DNA of 64,000 bases, taken from assembly GCF_006345805.1 (NCBI RefSeq), contig NC_043006.1:49104001-49168000 (forward strand). Direction: 5' to 3'. Below, piece after piece: positions 39,040-50,483 of this stretch. Position numbers and translations under genes: made by a program. A model generated the notes under the pieces. That model was not told where the DNA came from. It made no database searches and saw only the letters and a program-made list of their open reading frames with translations. Within the stretch, counting starts at the first letter, position 1. Every line of letters begins with the position of its first letter. The DNA is from Octopus sinensis (Eukaryota).

Positions 39040-39215
39040 GAAGTAGGAAGAAAGAGTGAGAGAAAGTTGTCGTGAAAGAGTACAATGGGGTTCACCACCA
39101 CCACCCGCCGGAGCCTCGTGGAGGTTAGGTGTTTTTGCTCAATATGCCTGGACCGGGAATCGAAACTGTGTTCTTACAACCGCGAGTCCGCTGCCCTAAC
39201 CACTGCGCCTCCACT
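39040..39215 (-). mobile_element. Further tRNA-derived SINE (family E) head and core
   Basis: gtggaggcgcagtggttagggcagcggactc...gtttcgattccc followed by ttgagcaaaaacacctaa. Confidence 0.7.
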
Positions 39216-39309
39216 CATAGCTGTTCCTGCCAATCTGCATGATATTAAAATGAATTTAAAGCCAAGTACAAAGCTGAAATGCAAAAAAACATTACGAAAT
39301 AAAATGTTT

Positions 39310-39744
39310 CAATTTTTTTTTTATTGTCTTATCAGAAAATGTCCTTTGTTTTTGCTGTACTCTCCTATTTTATAGTTCAAATAAACTGTCCCCTGCACTT
39401 TTCCAATATTCCTTTCAGTTCATAATAAAAATGTATCTTTTAGTAACCCCAACCCCCATTCCCAATCATCTTTCTCTCATTTTCCTCAACATTCTTCTTA
39501 GTAATTTGTGTTGTTTTCAACAAGTTTTGCTTGGAGTCCAAAAAAAAAAAAAAATAAAAAAAAAAAAACAAAAACAACAAAGAAACCCTGAAGAAAGAAA
39601 TGCTACAGAGAACAGGTGCCAAACTGCCAGCCTGTATAGGTGAATATATATCCAATTCTTGCACTGGAAATGCCATCAGGGAACATACTTTTATGTCACC
39701 GCAAGCACTGACCAAAATTCCAAACACTTTCTTGTCCTGTTGGA
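39310..39744 (-). promoter_or_regulatory. Probable RANBP3 3' UTR with poly(A) signal AATAAA at 39320-39325
   Basis: Unique, repeat-free, U-rich sequence on the minus strand ending near AATAAA. Confidence 0.45.
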
Positions 39745-39749
39745 TTAAC
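39745..39749 (-). CDS. RANBP3: Probable RANBP3 terminal coding exon: GT+TAA, protein ends ...PETEG*
   Basis: ctttAG acceptor gives G|GT TAA in phase, followed by U-rich UTR-like sequence and AATAAA; the pyrimidine tract is weak. Confidence 0.45.
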
Positions 39750-40833
39750 CTAAAGGTATTTTTCTGGAGATAATTGATCACTTATACGCTAATTACATCA
39801 CACCCATACATACAAAGTATACCCACATGCATGTATGAGAATATGTGCATGCATACTCACTCACATACACACGCAAACATATGTACGCACACACATCAAC
39901 ACATACACATACATATTTTGTTCAGGCTCTATCAAATTTATATTTTGAATCTGCAGATGTAATTTCCATAAGATTTTATTATCTTCCACTTCGAAAGTCA
40001 GATTATCCAGAAGATTGTTAACCACTCAGTTTGCTGCAATTATTTTTCTTAGTCTGATTCCGATCTAACTGTCTGGGATGAAGTATAACTTTCGTTGGAT
40101 GCTGGAATAAAAAAAAACAACAAAAAAACACAATTATATATAAATGTTAAACTGCGGTTATGTTATATTTTAAAACAAGTTTAACCCAACAGCATTTAAA
40201 TTAGCCATACCCAGCTAAAATACTCTAGCCGTCCTATGTTAAAACTGACCAGATCCAGCCTATCACACCTATCCTACATTCTCATTCTAAAATAAACAAT
40301 CAGGTAAAGATCCCCTTCAGTCATGAATGACTATAGGATTGCACTTAGAAAGTTCCCTTCCAAGGTACAAGTTGGGACAAGGTCAGGTTGTTTATGGAAG
40401 ACCAGCACTCGCCCATGCATACCAACCTTCCCTCTCCATGTCACCGATCTTATCCGAGGGAAAGGTAAAGGCCAATGTAGCTTGGCACCAGTGACATCAC
40501 AATTCAGTTCTACAGCTGAGAAATGTGGAATATAGTGTTTTGCTTATGAACACAACGCACAGCCTGGTCCGGAACTTGCTACCTCATGATTGTGAGTCCA
40601 ATGCTCTAACCACTGAGCCATGCACCTTCATGAAAATAAGCAATCCCAACATTGAAATCTCAAAGCAACAGGATAAACATGATTAATTCAAAGGAATGAA
40701 AACAGTATTCATCCTGTTGAATGTGAAGGAGGCATTCTACTGGATGGGTGTGAACTGTCTCAATTTAAACAAAATGGTAAGTTATTCTTAATAATGATGA
40801 TGGTTTTCAAGAAATAATAATGTCTTCCTTCAC

Positions 40834-40931
40834 CTTCTGTCTCAGGGTCCAGTACACTACTATCAGATTCTTCTTTTGAGATTGATTTTGATTCCACAGA
40901 AGAAACACTTGCACTCAATTCTGGAAGTTTC
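40834..40931 (-). CDS. RANBP3: RANBP3 exon (98 nt): KLPELSASVSSVESKSISKEESDSSVLDPETE, acidic/Ser tail
   Basis: Acceptor ttttctttgtAG with matching phase; donor GTGAAG is weak. Read-through would give a stop at 40760. Confidence 0.85.
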
Positions 40932-41074
40932 CTACAAAGAAAAAAAAGTTTCCATGAAAATTGTGACAACACATGAAAATCTTTAGAAAAAATTTTAAAA
41001 ATAAAACTTCGTTATGATGTAAAATAAATTGAATATTTCATAAGATGTCTATAAAAGTTTTGAAAACAACCTAC

Positions 41075-41220
41075 TTTAGTTTCTTAGGGGAAACTCTGTC
41101 TTGAGATTCTGATTTTCTTTTGGATGCATTTCGTTTTTCAAGTTCCTCTTCTTCAGTTTTCAATTGTTGTATCCTCCATTCGATGGCTCGCATTATGTTG
41201 TCACTGTCTTTAGGGTTAGC
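41075..41220 (-). CDS. RANBP3: RANBP3 exon (146 nt): ANPKDSDNIMRAIEWRIQQLK...RVSPKKL, C-terminal RanBD helix plus basic tail
   Basis: Acceptor gttatcAG, donor GTAGGT; phase 0/2 matches neighbours. Confidence 0.94.
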
Positions 41221-42180
41221 CTGATAACATACATTATGATAGCAGTTGGCAAAAGGAATGTTTTATAACATTCATGCTAGTCTATAATATTAATACAGCA
41301 AACACTACAGCTTCATTATAAATAACACTTGATCTTCAAACTCAATCACCTAGAACAGAAGCTATAAATGGACACTTTGTCTTTAAGGGGCAAAGCTTAA
41401 ATTGAATTAACCCTTTCGTTACCAACTTGGCTGAAACCGGCTCTGGCTCTGTAGTACAAATGTTTTGTTTTCATAAGTTTTGAATTAAAATCTTCCGCCT
41501 TACAATTGCGAGCCGAATATCCTAACCATTAAATCATTACTTTTAAGAATTGTTTCAATAACACATATTTAAATCCTTCATTCAGTCTAAGTATAGCTAT
41601 TACATGCACTCTGTTTTAGATCCAGAACCATATCAACATTGTCAAACACAGATCATCTGAATAATTAGTCTGTAAGACATCCAACAAGCAGAGTTATTTC
41701 TTTCAAACGAAAAATCTAAGATCAAGATAACTCAGCTGAGGAATCATGTTAACAGCATTACACATCTTACAACTGAACTGAGTGTGTGTGTGTATATATC
41801 ACACATACAGCCAACATGTGTATAAACTGGGTCTATATTTAGTCAATACAACTCAAGAAATGAAATGAAATCAGTACATTCAGGTAAACTAAAATGAAAA
41901 GATTCACAACTGAAACAAAAGTTCAGCCCTGTTAAGTTTTACAATTAAGAGAAACAAAGAGCAGAATTAACATATGGTGAGAGTAAACCAAATGGGAAAA
42001 AAACAATGCAAAGAAAATTTTCTTTTAATTATAATTACAATAAATTTAAATGAGCTTTAGCTAATAATCAAAGGTACAAACTGATGAAAGGAAAACCTCT
42101 GAATAAAGAGAATGCATAAGTGGGGTTTGGTATAAATAACAACTAGGATTTTCATGACAATTAATTAATTAAATACTTAC

Positions 42181-42317
42181 TACGATGAGAAATACTTTAA
42201 CTCCATCACCATCGGTGGCAGTTAGTCGTACACTCTTCTGACTGGCTTTTTTCACGGTCATTCCTGTCCAGATTTTAGTGTTCAATATCACTCGTAAACT
42301 TCCTTGTGATCTCATTA
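42181..42317 (-). CDS. RANBP3: RANBP3 exon (137 nt): (V)MRSQGSLRVILNTKIWTGMTVKKASQKSVRLTATDGDGVKVFLIV
   Basis: Acceptor tacctcAG, donor GTAAGT; closely resembles RanBP3 VMRTQGSLRLILNTKLW...ASEKSIRITA...GVKVFLI. Confidence 0.97.
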
Positions 42318-43624
42318 CTGAGGTATAATAGAAGCACAGATTAGATTAACCACAAAAATATCAAAAAGAATGTCAGTTATAAACATCAGATTACTTAAAA
42401 AAATCCTTTTGCATGTCTAAAACTATTTTCAAACAGATCTTATTACAGATTGCCTATTCTCTTAATTACCTCTCAATGTTCAGCATTCTTATCAGTATAA
42501 AAGGAAGACAGAGAATAACAACAAGTTAGTGAGATAACCAAATACTCATAAGACAAGACACCCTCAACTGTGTGAGGTATAGTATTGTGGGATGTGAAAG
42601 TATGATAGAGTGACAGGAACAAGTGACTTGCTGAAGAAGGGAACACATGCGTCAATCCTACTTCATGGTCATATTATGATTAACATGAAGAGCATCCAAC
42701 TCATCATCATTGTAACATCCACTTTTCCATGCTTGCATGGGTCAAGCAGATTTTCTACAGCTGGATGCATGCTCTTCTTGTAATTCAACTCTCACCTGTT
42801 TCCAAGTAAGGTAATATTTCCCCTTGGATAAAAAGGATAAACATCCTTCCCAAGTCAAAGAGACTCAATATATATTTTCTCCCCCAGGATGGGACGTGTC
42901 CTTTACAGGATTATACATATTTGGCAGCTGAGTGAACTGGAGCGACATAAAATGAAGTTATTGTTTTCAAGAACACAATGCATTGCCCAGTCCAGAAATT
43001 GAAAAATCAACATTTGAATGTTTGGCCTCATGGAGACAAAGTGGCTGAGTTCCTTTTGAGCACTGAACCACATGGAGGTAAAGTGGCCAAGATCCTTTCG
43101 AGTGTTGGGCCTCATGGAGGCAAAGACCAAGGCCTTTGGCATTATGTTGTACTTGAGAAGACCCAGCAAGCCGAGCAAAATCAGTCGTAGCAGGCACCAA
43201 TGTCATGCAAATTGCACCCATGCCAGTGGCACATCAAAGCACCCATTACACTCTCAGAATGGTTGGTGTTAGGAAGGGCATCCAGCTGGCACCTGTGTTG
43301 GTGGCACATAAAAAACACCATCCGAGCGTGGCCGTTCGCCAGCCTCGTCTGGTACCTGTGTCGGTGGCACATAAAAAGCACCCACTACACTCACGGAGTG
43401 GTTGGCGTTAGGAAGGGCATCCAGTTGTAGAAACACTGCCAGATCTGACTGGCCTGGTGCAGCCTTCGGGCTTCCCAGACCCCAGTTGAACCATCCAACC
43501 CATGCTAGCATGGAAAGTGGACGTTAAACGATGACGATGATGATTGGAAAATAAATGACACTAATTCTATGACAGTGACACTTTTTCACAACTATCACAT
43601 GATGTCAAGAGGAGACAAAAACAT

Positions 43625-43681
<57 letters not shown>

Positions 43682-46370
43682 GAACTTCTTTCAGTTTCCA
43701 TCTACCGATCCACTCACAAGGCTTTGGTTGGCCTTCAAACAGCAGACAAAAATAGAAAATCAAAGTCTAGCAATTATCTCTTCAAATTTGCACCTTAGAA
43801 TAACGAAAGACATACTTTCTAGCATAATGCATTCTTCCACCTCCTCCTTCCTCTCTCTTTTCCACCCACCCTGCCTCCCTCCCCCTCTCCCTTTCTCTCC
43901 GTTGCAACCTGACAATATGAAATTAACTCATTTCTTTTTTTTTTACAGCTGCTTTGAAAAGCTGTCAAACGGATAAATTTAAGAAAACAATTCACAGAGA
44001 AACAGTGAAATGCAGAAATGATGTGTTTTAGAGATTAGATCACAACACATCTGATGGGTTGATTGGTAGAGAGGGAGTGGGTAGACATTTTATCAAAACC
44101 TGAACTGTTTCTGCTATTATATCATGGGTTCATGGTATATAGTCTAAACAAAAACATGCACAACCTTTGGGGGTATATAAAGTTCAAAGTTTACAACAGC
44201 AACTCTTCAAATAATTTATAATATTTTATAATAGAGAATTACACAGTGAAAATGTTTTTCTTTTTTAATTTTCCATATTTATTTTTTTTCAACAAAAACC
44301 ACAGAAACTTGTGAGTTAACCTGTGCTGGTAAATTGATTACGATAGCAATGAATGAATCAAGCAACATATTTATGATGGCTATGACAAACACCTGTCACA
44401 CTTTTAAATAACCTTTTAATTCTCCATCGTTTCAAAGTTCATTTTTCCATGCTTGCATGGGCTAGATGGATTTTGTTCAGGTGGATTTTCTATGGCCTGA
44501 TGCTCTTCCTGTTGCCAACACTTATCTGTTTCCAAGTAACGTAATATTTCCCCATGACCAGATACGTTTTTATAGAAGATTAGAAACAAAGGACATTGCT
44601 TGTACGACAATAACATCTATTTACAACTAACATGGAATGTCAGGGGGGGGGGGAGGGTTTTTCGGTGAGTCAAAATACCAGAGTATGAAGAAACTGCAAG
44701 TGAGAGGTGTCAACTAACTGACATGACAACGAAAGGTATGAGAAGATAGTTAACATTTTCTGAATTATTTAACATAAAAACATACATGTGCTTAAAAAGT
44801 TAGCATTGCAATTACGTAGCTAAAAATCTGTGCCCTTACCGGCATCATGAAGGGCATCCAGCCATAGAAACCATGCCACAACAGACAGTTGTTGTCTGGA
44901 GAGCACCCTGCTAGCCAGTTCCACATCAAACCATCCAACCCATGCCAATATGGAAAGCAGACATTAAATGATGATGGTAATGATGATGATGAATGTCGCA
45001 CTGAGGAGGCTCATCAGTACATTATGAATGGAACTGGTAGATAGAAACTGAATGAAGCCTGTCGTGTATGTGAGTATATATACTCTTGTCTAGGCATCAC
45101 ATGATGGTTGTAAATGAGCATCATCCTCATACAAGTGGGATTCATTTTTTTTTTCCCAGTCTTCTGTGAAAAACAAGTCTAACAATGGGAGATTACTATC
45201 TTGCTTAGAAACAAGTGAGGGTTGTTGACAGGAAGGGCATCCAGCCATAGAAAATCTACCTCAACAAATTCCATCAAACTCATGCCAACATGAAAAAGTG
45301 GATGTTAAATGATGATGATGATGATAATCATCATCATCATTATTTTACAATTCTTATTGGGATCCACAACTCTCATAGACTGGTGCTCATGTGTCATTTT
45401 GACAGAGTCTCTATGACCAGATGCCCTTCTAGTACCAACCACTTTACAGATGTATAGAGTGTATTGGACACCAGTGAGGGTTGACAATAGGATGAGCATT
45501 AGACCAAAGCATAAAAAAAAGACAAAACAAATGCTTCTATAAATTTTATCGTACCATGACAAAATGGAAAAGTGAACATTAAAACAATGATGATGATGAT
45601 AAGCTAAGGCATGAACAGGCTGGAAGATCATCATCATCATCATTTAATGTCTGCCTTCCAATGCTGGCATGGGTTGGACAGTTTGACAGGAGCTGGCTAG
45701 ACAGAAGACTGCACCAGACTTCTATGTCTGTTTTGGCATGGTTTTTACAGTTGGATATTCTTCCTAACACCAACCACTCGGTAGAGTGGACTTACAAAAA
45801 AATCCCAATCTCACATGGCAACCAAGTCTTCTCCTTGAGAAAGGCAGATTATATGATTGTGTATGAAACCTGATGTAACATGATAGTGTGATGTGACCCT
45901 TTAAATAAAGCAGATTTGTGAAGACTGGAAAGAAATGAAGTGAGCCTGCTCCACTGGAAGTAAGTACCGGTCAAGCATTGGAATTGATAAAATCAACTGG
46001 CACCCAACCCCATTTCAGGGCTTGTGCCTATAGTAGAAAGGATAATTAAAAGAATACATGCAAATAAGCAGGCTAGTTAAATGGATAATTTTTCAGTATT
46101 ATTTGGTTACTAGAAGCATACTGGAAATACTGGTTAAAAGCTAAACTATGTACATCATAATAAGCTCTGGATTGCTCACAACTATTTACTAATACTAACT
46201 CATTCAGAATTATATTCTAATGTTTGATGGTCATATCTGAGGTTGTCTCCCTCCCTAACTGATCAGATGCAATTCAAGAAAAATTATCCATAAAATTATT
46301 TCATTTTAGTATTTGGTTTACAAGATTCTTGACGTGAATTCATGTGTTGAAAAAATTTTATCTCAGGAGG

Positions 46371-46673
46371 GTCATGACACCAATATAATAAACACATGCA
46401 CTGGTTCTATTTCACTTCTTCATTTGTCAGTTGGTTAACCAATTAACTAATCTATAGTCTGATTAATCATTCAGTTGATTATTAATAAGGTTTGTCAAAG
46501 TCCTTTTATCGCCATTTATAACCTCATCAATGATAAAACCCCTCTCTATTCCAAGTCTGCTTCAGAGGGCATGTCACTGATTAATCAAACAATCAATTAG
46601 TTAATTCGTTAACCAATTAACAAATAAGAAATGAAATGGAACCAGTGCATGTGTTTATCATTGGTATAATGAC
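46371..46673. mobile_element. Fold-back MITE with ~95-bp imperfect arms
   Basis: Arms ~46371-46469 and ~46578-46673. Confidence 0.8.
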
Positions 46674-46754
46674 TGTCTCAAGACAACAGAATTAGACATA
46701 AAAATAAGAATGCGAAATGTAAAACAACCTGGAGCAATGGTTGTCACAACTCAC

Positions 46755-46875
46755 CTAATCGGGACTGAAATTTTTCTGAGTCATTTCCCACTAAATCATT
46801 CAACCGTAAAACTCCCTGGCCTCGCTCTATCCACACCAAGGTAGGTTTGTCAAATACAAATAATTTGCAGTTTGA
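46755..46875 (-). CDS. RANBP3: RANBP3 exon (121 nt): SNCKLFVFDKPTLVWIERGQGVLRLNDLVGNDSEKFQSRL
   Basis: Acceptor tttccAG, donor GTGAGT; RanBD core CKLFVFDK...W-ERG-G-LRLND. Confidence 0.97.
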
Positions 46876-47069
46876 CTGGAAAAAGAAAATATAAATAAAG
46901 TCTTTAAATATCTCTTCATCACGCATACAAAATACAAATGACATAATCTATGTTAAATACTCCTCAAATACATCTTATAAATATACTGTAAGCATTTCCA
47001 GAACAACCTGAATATACACAATAATTTACATTATTATCGTTAGCCTTTGCTGAGACCCCCCCCCCCTTG

Positions 47070-47392
47070 GTCATGACTGACCATGGGATTGCACTTAGGA
47101 AGTTACCCTCCCAGGCACAAGTCCGAGCAAAGTTGTTTATGGAAGACCAGCAGTCACCCATGCATACCACCCTCCCCTCTCCACGCCACCAGTGTTATCC
47201 AAGGGAAAGCCAACAGCCGATACAGCTTGGCACCTGTGACATTGCAACTCATTTCTACAGCTGAGTGAACTGGAGCAACATGAAATAAAGTGTCTTGCTC
47301 AAGAACACAACACACAGCCCGGTCCAGGATTCAAACTCACAACCTCGCGATCGTAAGCTCGAAGTTCTAACCACTGAGCCATGCGCCTTCAC
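47070..47392 (-). mobile_element. tRNA-derived SINE family D, full length; other copies at 16668-17095(+), 40312-40630(-) and 63430-63600(+, partial)
   Basis: A box TGGCTCAGTGG, B box GTTTGAATCC, core gtgttcttgagcaagacacttt. Confidence 0.88.
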
Positions 47393-47400
47393 ATTGTTAA

Positions 47401-48083
47401 CCCTTTAGCATTCAGATTACTCTGTCAAATGTAAAGCTTATTTATTCACATTGTTTTGAATTATCTCTTAAACGGCAGGAAAGGATTGCAAGAATGTGTG
47501 TACAAAACAGGCAAAATACACGAAAGATATCTTTTTCTTAAGGCTAATTTTAAAACTTATTTTAATTTTGAATAGCTATAAAAAAAAAAGCTATAATAAT
47601 TTTTAATCTCTCACGCAATAACATTTACAATCTCATCAGTGAAAAGTGCTGTAAAATATCCATGATCCTCTACATCTGGTGTGAGCATAAAATCATTTGA
47701 GATCCCTTCATGGCTGTTGTCAAACAATGTACATTGTTCATCATTGTCATCATCATCTATCTCATCTGATGATGAGAGAAAGTCAGAAAAAAACCCCCAC
47801 TTCATTTCTGTATAAATTTTCCGTTTGCAACTTGATTTCCGTCATCAGTAAGGGCCCCCTTAGGCTTATGTGCATTTGACAAAGTAGACACTTGGACATC
47901 AAATGGTGATGACCATATCCATGTAAAATTTTAAAAAGAAATCAACTGCTGATGCTCGCCATTTAAGGGTTCATCGTGCATATTCTCATAGCTTCAAGAT
48001 TTCAATGATGTGATTTTATGTTCAGAATGACACTGTAGTATACATGTGAGAAGCCAGATATGGCACATTTAAATACTCAGGGG
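47401..48083. mobile_element. piggyBac-type MITE family F with a nested element
   Basis: TTAA flanks at 47397-47400 and 48084-48087; colinear with 55547-55766 outside the insertion. Confidence 0.8.
47465..47969 (-). mobile_element. Internally deleted piggyBac element with a transposase N-terminal remnant
   Basis: Degenerate TIR CCCTTAAA(C/T)GGC; inserted at the host MITE's TTAA (TTAT/TTCA flanks); acidic stretch then YFTALFTDEIVNVIA, resembling the PGBD F-LFF-DE motif. Confidence 0.65.
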
Positions 48084-48189
48084 TTAACATGTTGCCTATC
48101 AAGTTCATTTGGCGCCATATTTTCTTTTGTACTAGTGGTCTAATTTTGTTATAAATTATGTGTTTTTTTAATTTTTTAACCAGGCGCAG

Positions 48190-48550
48190 AAGTGGCTGTG
48201 TGGTAAGTCACTTGCTTACCAACCACATGGTTCTGGGTTCAGTCCCAGTGTGACACCTTGGGCAAGTGTCTTCTACTATAGCCTCGGGCTGACCAAAGCC
48301 TTGTGAGTGTACTTGGTAGACGGAAACTGAAAGAAGCCCGTCATATATGTGTGTGTATATTTGTCCCCCCAACATCGCTTGACAACCGATGCTGGTGTGT
48401 TTACGTCCCCGTAAGTTAGCAGTTCGGCAAAAGAGACCGATAGAATAAGTACTAGGCTTACAAAGAATAAGTCCTGGGGGGTCGATTTGCTCGACTAAAG
48501 GCAGTGCTCCAGCATGGCCACAGTCAAATGACTGAAAACAAGTAAAAGAG
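48190..48550 (+). mobile_element. SINE family A copy (RANBP3 intron)
   Basis: Colinear with 5477-5871. Confidence 0.9.
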
Positions 48551-49564
48551 CATATATACATTCTAGTTCACTATATACACTACCAGGTTGATTTACAGTC
48601 AGGGTGTCAATGGTGACGCCCATGGCACAGAATATATGTTCATACTGTATTGTGGAAATCACATTAAAAAGGGTCTAAATGTCTACTATACCTCCATTTG
48701 TGGTTTTACAATTCTTCTAAGAATAACTTCTTTTAGTTTATAATTTGAGCTTTACAACTGCAAATGGGTAGTTCTTTTTCTTAATTTTATTTGAAATTAT
48801 ACTATATTCCAGTAAAACATTACAACTGTATTATAACAAAGCATACATAGCAGCACTATCTTACTTATGAAAGGTATTTATTTTTTGACTAGGTCCTACC
48901 TCAGTTTCTATTGATTCAAACTGAAAACAATCCAAAAAATACAGAGATGTGTTCTGTATATTTCCTAAAATTTCAACAATGTAGTTTGAACCACAGTAAT
49001 ATGAGGCTCTGTAAAAAACATTCCCCTTGGGAGTCACTGATGACTCCCATGGTGAATATAAAGCATGGGGAGTCAGTGGCAACTCCCATAGTAGGCAGTG
49101 TTAAGGAAAACGCTACAATTGACCTATCTTTCGGTTACTTTTCCATCAGTTAATAGGGGGTGGTTGACAGTTTGGTGACAGCCAGTCACTATTGTATTAT
49201 TATCAATTGTAAATTTTGTTGTCAATGAGGGAAGAAAGCATAAAAAGTAGAGCTTTCAAGAAGTACCCTACTTAGACCTCTCTTGAAAAGGATAAAAACC
49301 TATAAAAGCAAGAATTGTGAGGAAAAAGTATAGGAAATTATAATAAAATTGCATGGTCAATCTACAGTATGTGGCATACTGTAATTTTATGAACTATTTG
49401 CTAAAGAAACAATACTGATCAGCAGAATTAGACAATTGGGCTTGTTGTTTGGATGCTGACAATTTGGCATGGTTGACTGGATATAGACCTGTTTTGGTAA
49501 CCATGTTCTGGTACTGAGGCAAACACAAACATGCATGCTCACAGAGAAATACACACATAGGTAA

Positions 49565-49603
<39 letters not shown>

Positions 49604-50059
49604 TTGCACATGCTTGCAAAATATGACTAGATGCTCGCATGCACAAACAGAAAGAGAGGGAAGACAAGAGAGAAACACTAAAATATCAGATGTCAACAAA
49701 AAAGTCAACATTGACTCAGTGACGTCAAACAGGCAGTGCCAAAACATCTCATATCCACAGATCAGCTAGCATCAATAACTAGGATCGAAGGTGGCTGGCA
49801 AAAGAGCTTCAGTGGTTTTTGAGTGGAGCCCACTCTGTTGCAAACCTTCAGTTCAGGTTTCGGTAACTTGACACCTTGACATAACATCCCCTGTATTGAT
49901 GTCAAATAAGTCAGCATTGAATTAGTGATATCAAAATGACCATGCCAAAAAGTTTCATAGTCATAAAGGAATCATAATACAAACATCTTTCAGATAGCCC
50001 ACCTGAATATTGAAAAATCTAATCAGCATAATGAAATGAGAATTAACAAGGAATATTAC

Positions 50060-50181
50060 CTGTAAAACATTGGACTCATCTTCTTCACCAGTTTTTACTT
50101 CAATCTCTTTGTATTCTGTTCTGACATCATGTTTCATTTGATATTCTCGAGCTGATTCTTCAAGAGATTGGCAGGGTTTCT
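50060..50181 (-). CDS. RANBP3: RANBP3 exon (122 nt): KPCQSLEESAREYQ...EVKTGEEDESNVLQ, start of the RanBD
   Basis: Acceptor taatttcAG, donor GTAATA; SLEESA and EVKTGEE-ESNVLQ match the RanBP3 family. Confidence 0.96.
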
Positions 50182-50452
50182 CTGAAATTAATCAACAGAA
50201 ACAATGACAGAATTTTAACTTCAGTGATTACTAAATTTTTCTGAGTCAGTGTAAAAAAAATAAAATAAAAAGAGAGAGAAATAATACAGAGACAGGCATG
50301 GCTGTGTGGTTAAGCAACTTGCTTAGCAACCTTGTAGTCTCAGGCTCAGTTCTACTGGAAGGCATCTTGGGCAAGTGCCTACTACTATATAGCTCTGGGC
50401 CAACCAATATTTTGTGAGTGAATTTAGTTGACAGAAACTGTGTGCAAACCCA

Positions 50453-50483
<31 letters not shown>

